DNA from: an uncultured Bdellovibrionales bacterium
GTDB taxonomy: Bacteria > Patescibacteriota > Minisyncoccia > Moranbacterales > UBA1568
Assembly: GCA_964436855.1 (NCBI GenBank)
Contig: CAYTED010000006.1
Location: 19,681 to 83,680, forward strand
Length of the DNA: 64,000 nucleotides
Direction: 5' to 3'
The notes beneath the pieces were generated by a model. That model worked only from the letters and a program-made list of their open reading frames with translations, did not search any database and was not told where the DNA came from. A program made the position numbers and the translations under genes. This document shows, piece after piece, positions 57,435-64,000 of this stretch. Numbering within the stretch: the first letter of the stretch is position 1; every line of letters begins with the position of its first letter.

Positions 57435-59009
57435 TTATTCAAACAGCGGGAGGAGGGAGGTGCCGTTCATTTCGGCGGGTCTTTCAATACCCAAGAGGTC
57501 GAGAATGGTTGGTGCGACATCGGAGAGGAGTCCGCGGACTTCATTCTGTTCGCGTACCATAGTTTCCGCGTTTTTTTCTTTGTGATTGTCGGGTGTGATA
57601 AACCAGAGCGGGACGGGGTTGGTTGAGTGCTCCGTGTCCATTTCTCCGGTGGAGGGTTTGGTGAGCTCTTCGACATTCCCGTGATCGGCGGTAACAAACA
57701 TACAACCGCCTGCCTTCAGGATGGCGGGAATGAGAATGGAGAGTGTTTTATCGGTTGCTTCGACGGCTTCAATTGAGGCCTGCTCATTTCCTGTATGGCC
57801 TACCATATCGGGATTGGCGTAATTCATCAGAATGAAGTCGTAATTACTGCGCTCGATTGCCTCAATGACTGCTTCGGTAATTTTTGGAGCGCTCATTTCC
57901 GGTACTTCGTCGAAGTGTGCGACGACGGGGGATGGGATAAGCACGCGGTCTTCATCCGGAAAGGGTTTTTCTTTTCCGCCGTTGAAAAAATAAGTCACAT
58001 GGGCGTATTTTTCGGTTTCGGCGATACGAAGTTGTTTTTTTCGATTTTGCGAGAGGACTTGTCCAAGGCAGCTTTCAACGTCTTCCGGTGGGAAAGCGAT
58101 GTCGACCGGAAGATCTCGTTCGTATTCGGTCATTGTTACAAAAGAAATATCGAGAAATTTCGGTCGTTCGAATTTATCGAAACTTGGGAGGATAAATGCT
58201 TTGGTAAGTTCGCGTGCGCGGTCTTCGCGGAAGTTGTAGAAAATAACGGAATCCTTTTCGCTGATCAGTCCGATCGGGCGGCCGTTTTCGGAGACGATGC
58301 CGGGCTCGATGAATTCGTCGGTAATATTTTTTCCGTAGCTTTGTTCGAGATAGAGCGCGGGGTCGGTAATGAGCTCGCCTTTCCCTTCAACCAGCATTCG
58401 ATAGGCTTTCTCGATCCGATCCCAGTTATTATTCCGATCCATCGCCCAATTGCGACCGATAATGGTTGCGATACGCCCGACACCGGCCATTTTAATAAAT
58501 CGTTCGGTTTCTTGAAGGTGTTGAACGCCGGACGTCGGCGCGGAATCTCGACCGTCCGTGAAACAGTGAATGAAAACTTTATCCACTCCCTCCGCTTTGA
58601 TCATTCGGAGAAGTGCGAAGAGGTGGTCTTTATGGGAATGAACTGATCCCGAAGAAACGAGTCCCATAAGATGAATGGCGCTCTTTTTTTCTTTGGCGTT
58701 ATGAATCGCCTTGAGGATGGTTGGATTTTTAAAAAAACTTCCGTCTTGAATGGCGAGTCCGATGCGGGGGAGGTTTTGGTAGATCACGCGTCCGGCGCCG
58801 ATTGTCATATGGCCAACCTCGCTGTTTCCGGCAGTATTCCACGGAAGGCCGACGGAAATACCCGATGCCTGCAGTGTGGTCATCGGGTAAAAACGATTCA
58901 TTTTGTCAAAAGTGGGGAGTGAGGCTTCTCGAATCGGGTTTCCTTGAATAAAATTCGAGAGACCCCATCCGTCGAGTACTACGAGTACGATCGGTTTGTA
59001 TGTTTTCAT
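57435..59009 (-). CDS. gpmI: 2,3-bisphosphoglycerate-independent phosphoglycerate mutase
   Basis: LDGWG, GNSEVGH, AETEKYAHVT, DMVGHTG, TADHGN. Confidence 0.97.
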   Translation of the reverse strand: MKTYKPIVLVVLDGWGLSNFIQGNPIREASLPTFDKMNRFYPMTTLQASGISVGLPWNTAGNSEVGHMTIGAGRVIYQNLPRIGLAIQDGSFFKNPTILKAIHNAKEKKSAIHLMGLVSSGSVHSHKDHLFALLRMIKAEGVDKVFIHCFTDGRDSAPTSGVQHLQETERFIKMAGVGRIATIIGRNWAMDRNNNWDRIEKAYRMLVEGKGELITDPALYLEQSYGKNITDEFIEPGIVSENGRPIGLISEKDSVIFYNFREDRARELTKAFILPSFDKFERPKFLDISFVTMTEYERDLPVDIAFPPEDVESCLGQVLSQNRKKQLRIAETEKYAHVTYFFNGGKEKPFPDEDRVLIPSPVVAHFDEVPEMSAPKITEAVIEAIERSNYDFILMNYANPDMVGHTGNEQASIEAVEATDKTLSILIPAILKAGGCMFVTADHGNVEELTKPSTGEMDTEHSTNPVPLWFITPDNHKEKNAETMVREQNEVRGLLSDVAPTILDLLGIERPAEMNGTSLLPLFE

Positions 59010-59063
59010 TCTTTTTTTGAGAAAATCCCCCTTCTTTTCTTTATTTTACCATTGTTTTTGTCT

Positions 59064-59092
59064 TTGACAAAGGAATAAAAACGGACTATCAT
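59064..59092 (+). promoter_or_regulatory. Sigma70 promoter
   Basis: TTGACA-17 bp-TATCAT. Confidence 0.7.
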
Positions 59093-59099
59093 AATCGTG

Positions 59100-59222
59100 G
59101 AGCCTGTTCTCACGGTCTGTGTTCCGTTCGGATTCCGATTTTTTGGTCGTAAAAGATTCAGAACTCGCTTCCGCTTCAAGAAATCGGAGTTTTGCAGTAC
59201 AAGAGACTTTGGGAACAGGCTC
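59100..59222 (+). ncRNA. Putative 6S-like RNA
   Basis: Closing stem gagcctgttctca/tgggaacaggctc, internal stem ttccgattttttg/caagaaatcggag; directly after a promoter and upstream of rny. Confidence 0.5.
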
Positions 59223-59438
59223 TTATAAACAGTTTATTCTCTCTTTTCGGAAAATTGTCGTTACGGAAAGGCCTCTTCGAGTCATGAATCGGATTTTCTC
59301 TCATCATATTTTTCTTCCCTCGACTGTTATCGGTCGTTTGAAGCTTTTTTGAGACCATTCGTCGCTTTTTGACGGTTTTTCTTCGGGGTTGTCTTTATTG
59401 TATGCCCCAACCTTCTTTCGGAAAGAGACCTTATCATT

Positions 59439-60971
59439 ATGGATACGGGAATTTTTTCTTTTGGGATAGGTATGATAGCGCTCCTTTTTGGTGCGGGTAT
59501 CGGGTATTTTATTCGGCAGAGTGTTGCCAAAAATCAACTTTCGACCGCAGAGGGACGCGCGACAAAGATTGTCGAAGAGGCGGAAATCAAGGCGAGGGAA
59601 GCCATGCTTGAAGCAAAAAAACAGGCAGTTGAGATTCTTGAGAACGCAAAAAAGGAGGGAAAAGATCGTGAGGAGTCGCTTAATCGTGAATCGCGACGAC
59701 TGGAGAAACGCGAAGAGCAGATCGAAAAAATAAATGAAGAAGTGTCGATCGAAAAGAAATCACTTCTTAAAAAAGCCGAGGATATCAAGAAAATTCAAGA
59801 AGAAACCGAACGTATTCGGAAGGCAGAAGAAGAACGACTTCAGGAGATTGCCGGGCTTTCTCCGGAAGAAGCGAAAACGCAGCTCCTCTCCTTGGTGGAA
59901 GAGGAGAGTAAGGATGTTCTTGCGGAAAAAATCGCAAAACTGGAAAAAGAAGGTCGAGACGGTCTTGAGCGCCGAGCGCTTGATATTATGGCGACGGTGA
60001 TTCAAAAATTTTCTCGATCGCACGTTTCCGAGTTTACCACGACGACGATCCAGATTCCGTCCGATGAAATCAAGGGGAAAATTATCGGAAAGGAAGGACG
60101 GAATATCCGGGCGCTTGAAAAGGAAACGGGGGTCGAATTGATCGTGGATGATACGCCGGAATCGGTTGTTATTTCCGGGTTTGATCCGGTTCGGCGCGAA
60201 GTGGCGCGACTTGCGCTCGAGAAATTAATCACGGACGGGCGTATTCATCCGGCGCGTATCGAGGAGGCGGTTCTCGAAGCGAAGCAAGAAATCGATCAGA
60301 AGATAAAAGAAGCCGGCGAGGCCGCGGCTTACGAAGCCGGTGTGACCGGGCTTCATCCGAAACTGCTCTATATTCTCGGGCGACTCCGGTATCGCTACAG
60401 TTACAAGCAGAATATTCTTCTCCATTCGCTTGAAGTGTCATATATTTCCGGTGCGCTTGCGGCGGAACTTGGCGGGAATGTCGCGGTCGCGAAAAAGGCC
60501 GGTCTGATGCATGATATCGGAAAAGCGGTCGATCATGAGATTGAGGGGACGCATGTGAAAATCGGTATTCGAATTCTCGAAAAATTCGGGGTGGGGCAAG
60601 AGGTGATTGATGCGATGAAGTGTCATCATGACGAGTACCCGCATACGACGCTTGAATCGTTTATCGTTACGGCTGCGGACGCGATCTCGGCGTCTCGGCC
60701 GGGTGCGCGCAAGGAAACGGCGGAAAAATATATCAAACGAATGCAGGAACTCGAGTCGCTCGTCAATTCATTTCCGGAAGTGGAGAAGTCATATGCCATT
60801 CAGGCGGGTCGTGAAGTACGGATTTTCGTGAATCCGGAAAAAGCCGATGATTACGCCTCGCTTCGGCTTGCAAAAGATGTCGCGCAGCGTATTCAGGAAG
60901 AACTTCAATACCCGGGAGAAATAAAGGTGGTCGTGTTTCGTGAGACGAAGGCGATTGAGTACGCGCGGTGA
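59439..60971 (+). CDS. rny: Ribonuclease Y
   Basis: N-terminal TM, coiled coil, KH IIGKEGRNI, HDIGK, ADAISASRPGAR. Confidence 0.97.
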   Translation: MDTGIFSFGIGMIALLFGAGIGYFIRQSVAKNQLSTAEGRATKIVEEAEIKAREAMLEAKKQAVEILENAKKEGKDREESLNRESRRLEKREEQIEKINEEVSIEKKSLLKKAEDIKKIQEETERIRKAEEERLQEIAGLSPEEAKTQLLSLVEEESKDVLAEKIAKLEKEGRDGLERRALDIMATVIQKFSRSHVSEFTTTTIQIPSDEIKGKIIGKEGRNIRALEKETGVELIVDDTPESVVISGFDPVRREVARLALEKLITDGRIHPARIEEAVLEAKQEIDQKIKEAGEAAAYEAGVTGLHPKLLYILGRLRYRYSYKQNILLHSLEVSYISGALAAELGGNVAVAKKAGLMHDIGKAVDHEIEGTHVKIGIRILEKFGVGQEVIDAMKCHHDEYPHTTLESFIVTAADAISASRPGARKETAEKYIKRMQELESLVNSFPEVEKSYAIQAGREVRIFVNPEKADDYASLRLAKDVAQRIQEELQYPGEIKVVVFRETKAIEYAR

Positions 60972-61261
60972 GGTGAGGAAGGGGTCTTCTTTAAATGAAC
61001 TTTCTGCCGCCGTTTGACTTCCAGCGAAGTCAAACTGACGTTCATTGAATTAAATTTATAAAGGAACTTTTCAAAAGAAACAAGAGAATGAGAAAACTCG
61101 CATCAAAAATTCCTCAAAGGAATGTATTGGTGTTATAAAATAAGAGAAGGGATTTGCCTTGTTTTCGCGGAAAGTTTACAATACTCGAGAGGAGGTAAGA
61201 AAATATCATCGATGTTTTGCCCCTCCGGCGAATATCGAAACTAGAAAGCGGGGTGGGTACA

Positions 61262-61546
61262 ATGGCAAAAAATATCAACAAAGACACGCTCGTTCACTCG
61301 ATCGTCGGCAAGACCGATCTTTCGAAGAAAGACGTGGAAGCGGTGCTTGAATCGTTTATCGATGTGGTAACCGCCGAGCTTCGCTCGGGAAACAAAGTGA
61401 CGATGACCGGTTTCGGTACATTCCGTGTTTCCAAGCGTGCGGCTCGCGAGGGTATCAATCCGCAGACCAAGGCAAAGATTATGATTCCAGCGATGACCGT
61501 TCCAAAGTTTACAGCCGGAAAAACGCTCAAGGAGGCTGTTAAATAG
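61262..61546 (+). CDS. hup: HU family DNA-binding protein
   Basis: GFGTF..R.AREGINPQT..PKF.AGK.LK. Confidence 0.95.
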   Translation: MAKNINKDTLVHSIVGKTDLSKKDVEAVLESFIDVVTAELRSGNKVTMTGFGTFRVSKRAAREGINPQTKAKIMIPAMTVPKFTAGKTLKEAVK

Positions 61547-61685
61547 TTTTCGTGATTCCGTGTATGATAACGGAGTAAATGAATCCGCTTTGGCGGAAAA
61601 AAGATAGGGTAGTATCCCGCCAACCGAAAGGAGAGCGGGATATTGCTTTTTCTAAGCGGTAAACGTACACTGTGGAGGTACATTT

Positions 61686-61756
61686 CGGGGCATAGTATAG
61701 TGGTAGTACGAGTGGTTTGGGACCATTTAGTCTCGGTTCGATTCCGAGTGCCCCGA
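61686..61756 (+). tRNA. tRNA-Pro(TGG)
   Basis: cggggca acceptor stem, anticodon loop tttggga, GGTTCGATTCC. Confidence 0.92.
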
Positions 61757-61759
61757 CAG

Positions 61760-61840
61760 CATTTAAAGTCTCGGTTACCCGCCTACAGTTCCACTGAAGC
61801 GGAACAGTATGGCGGGCGGGGATTCCGAGTGCCCCGACAG
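61760..61840 (+). repeat. Duplicated tRNA-Pro 3' half with a hairpin inserted in the T-loop
   Basis: agtctcggtt-[44 nt]-gattccgagtgccccgacag. Confidence 0.85.
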
Positions 61841-61875
61841 AATTTTTGGTGTACCGCGTTTATGGATGGGAAGTT

Positions 61876-62892
61876 ATGAAAAAAGTCGTGACGATCGGTG
61901 GTGGAACGGGGAGCTTTATGCTTCTTTCGGGATTGAAAAAATATCCGATTGAACTTTCGGCCATTGTGTCGATGGCGGATGATGGCGGGTCGACCGGGGT
62001 TTTACGCGATGAGCTTGGCGTGCTTCCGCCGGGCGATGTGAGGCAGTGTCTTGCGGCGCTTTCGGATTCGTCGGAGATGCTTCGGAAACTGATGAATTAT
62101 CGATTTGAGGAGGGTGGGCTTGCGGGGCATAGTTTCGGCAATCTTCTTCTTTCGGCGCTTGAGAAAATTTCCGGAGGATTCGGGCGCGGTGTACTGGAAG
62201 CGTCGAAAATTTTGAATGTGAAGGGAGAAGTCATCCCGGTTACGGAAACGGATACCAAGATTTTTATGGAATTAAGAAATGGGAAGCTTCTTCGGGGTGA
62301 ACACGAAATCAATACGAGTGCCCGCGTGGAAAAAGTTGGCGTGAAGCGGGTGTTTTTTGATCCGAAACCAAGAGTAAATTCGCTCGCGGTGAAACGCATT
62401 CTCGAGGCCGATTTGATTGTGATCGGTCCGGGAAATCATTACTGCAGTATTGTTCCGAATTTACTTGTTCCGGGCATCGCGGAGGCGATCGTGAAATCGA
62501 AGGGGAAAATCGTCTACAACTGTAACTTGGTGAATAAAACGGGGCATACGGACAACTTTACGCTTGAAGACTATGTTACGGCAATCGAATCGTTTCTCAA
62601 AAAACGAACACTCGATTATGTAACCTTCAATACGAAAGCCCCCTCGCGTTCGCTTCTTCAAAAATACGCCGAGAAGGAAGAATCTCTCGTTTTGTTTAAA
62701 AATCACTCGACTCGCTCGTACCGTGTGATTCGTGCAAATCTCCTCTCGACCAAGCCGGTTCGTCTGGGGCGAGGTGATACGTTTCCGGTTGTTCGCGGTT
62801 TTATTCGGCATGACGGGGAAAAGCTTGCCAAAGTGCTTCTTATGCTTCTTGAACTTTCGGAATATGAGAGTATCCTGAAGAATATGGAATAA
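61876..62892 (+). CDS. yvcK: YvcK/CofD-like gluconeogenesis factor
   Basis: IGGGTG, MADDGGSTG, PPGD.R, GHSFGNL, IGPG, RHD. Confidence 0.92.
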   Translation: MKKVVTIGGGTGSFMLLSGLKKYPIELSAIVSMADDGGSTGVLRDELGVLPPGDVRQCLAALSDSSEMLRKLMNYRFEEGGLAGHSFGNLLLSALEKISGGFGRGVLEASKILNVKGEVIPVTETDTKIFMELRNGKLLRGEHEINTSARVEKVGVKRVFFDPKPRVNSLAVKRILEADLIVIGPGNHYCSIVPNLLVPGIAEAIVKSKGKIVYNCNLVNKTGHTDNFTLEDYVTAIESFLKKRTLDYVTFNTKAPSRSLLQKYAEKEESLVLFKNHSTRSYRVIRANLLSTKPVRLGRGDTFPVVRGFIRHDGEKLAKVLLMLLELSEYESILKNME

Positions 62893-62952
62893 TTTTTTTG
62901 AATCATACTTATGGAATAACAGTCAAACTTACTTCATATTTTTGAGGAAGTT

Positions 62953-63369
62953 TTGCAAGAAAAATTTCCTTCCGAACAAATTTTTTCAAACTCTCTTGAG
63001 TCTGATGCTGAAAAAGATGAAGCGTCGAATATGAGAGTGTACAGGGAGGTATACCGGGATCACTCGTATCATTTTTTTACCGAGGAACTTGCCGGGGCTT
63101 TGAAACAAGAGCCGAAATCGGAGGGGTATGATGTGAGTGAATTTGCTACGAAGATTGAGCGTTCGGTGAGGTTGCGGATGTACAATGAGTTAGGCATTAA
63201 TGAAGACCAAAGTAAAATGAAGTCTTTTTTGGAGGCAGATCTTGTTTCGTCGAGAGCGCTTCTTTTGGAAAAATTTCAAGATGGAGAGGTGATTCAGGCA
63301 ATGCGGGACGAGCTTTTCAAAAAGTTGCCATCTCGATTTCAGCAAGAGGGAATGATGAAAAATCGCTAG
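62953..63369 (+). CDS. Hypothetical protein
   Basis: 138-aa acidic ORF, start uncertain. Confidence 0.5.
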   Translation: MQEKFPSEQIFSNSLESDAEKDEASNMRVYREVYRDHSYHFFTEELAGALKQEPKSEGYDVSEFATKIERSVRLRMYNELGINEDQSKMKSFLEADLVSSRALLLEKFQDGEVIQAMRDELFKKLPSRFQQEGMMKNR

Positions 63370-63461
63370 AGTATTTTTGAATTTTTCATTTTTGTATGGT
63401 TCTTTGACCCTTTTTTAAGCCACGCGTATAATAAAGGAAAGTAATTTTTTGGCGAAAAGAT

Positions 63462-64000
63462 ATGGAAATGACGACGCTTGTTTTGAAAGAAATTCGCGAT
63501 GTGGCGGATGGGACGCGACTGTATGTTTTTGAAAAACCGGCAGGGTTTTCGTATCGGGCGGGTCAGTACACGGCGATCAAGCTCGAGAATCTGATTGAAC
63601 CGGATGAAAAAAGCGGCGTACGGTCGTTTTCGTTTGCTTCGGCGCCGTCGGATGATGAAATATCGTTTGCGATGCGCGAAGGAGAGAGTGGGTTTAAGAA
63701 AACATTCTGGGCGCTTACTCCCGGAGCGACGATCGGCGTGACAAAACCGGTCGGGTTTTTTACCGTTGATGACAATGATACCCGTCCGGTCGTATTTCTT
63801 GCCGGGGGAATCGGGATTACTCCCGTTCGCAGTATTCTCCGCGAGGCGACGGCAAGCGGATCGGAGCGGGAATTTGTTCTTTTCTATGCCAATCGATTCG
63901 AAAAGGACGCGGCGTTTCTCGAAGAAGTGCGGGCGCTTCCGGTCAAAAATTTGAAGGTGATAACGGTGTATAGCAAATCTCAAGTGGCTTGTGCTGATTG
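63462..64000 (+). CDS. FAD/NAD(P)-dependent oxidoreductase (ferredoxin-NADP reductase family), truncated by window end
   Basis: MEMTTL...YRAGQY...RSFSFAS...FLAGGIGITP; absent from the ORF track because no stop falls in the window. Confidence 0.9.
   Translation, partial: MEMTTLVLKEIRDVADGTRLYVFEKPAGFSYRAGQYTAIKLENLIEPDEKSGVRSFSFASAPSDDEISFAMREGESGFKKTFWALTPGATIGVTKPVGFFTVDDNDTRPVVFLAGGIGITPVRSILREATASGSEREFVLFYANRFEKDAAFLEEVRALPVKNLKVITVYSKSQVACAD

Noticed and set aside
63366-63983. 205-aa minus-strand ORF
   Set aside because: Shadow of the plus-strand FAD oxidoreductase starting at 63462
1-64000. CRISPR array, rRNA, prophage structural genes, alternative genetic code
   Set aside because: No regularly spaced repeat-spacer array, rRNA or phage structural motifs seen; TGA terminates conserved genes (virB4, ppa, rny), so code 11

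Overview
Bacterial chromosome segment, genetic code 11, very likely Patescibacteria/CPR (Parcubacteria-like). This is inferred from the VirB2-like pilin array, the PrgI/VirB4/VirB6-like locus, PsbP-like membrane-anchored proteins and the compact housekeeping genes. Positions 1 to ~15570 form an accessory island: a copper/metal-resistance cluster, defence-type remnants (DpnI fragment, HEPN), a frameshifted M23-CARDB gene and XRE/methyltransferase genes. The island is organised around one intact large serine recombinase plus at least four partial copies of recombinase ends. These sit with a repeated ~150-175 bp element, inverted repeats built from recombinase 3' tails, a TCGAA(C/T) motif kept in three different reading frames, and G6-TGT-G6 loop hairpins. 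This recombinase-tail architecture is the best candidate for an undescribed system. The rest is mostly core genome: alkD, malic enzyme, histidine kinase, xer, LysM-CHAP, T4SS-like locus, cca, infB, pilins, nusA, ppa, tig, clpP, gpmI, rny, HU, yvcK and four tRNAs. It is interspersed with REP/MITE-like hairpins, a toxin-antitoxin cassette between duplicated infB 3' ends, a 38-bp direct-repeat-flanked cassette and a probable 6S-like RNA. All family calls come from motif recognition by eye; no database search was run.
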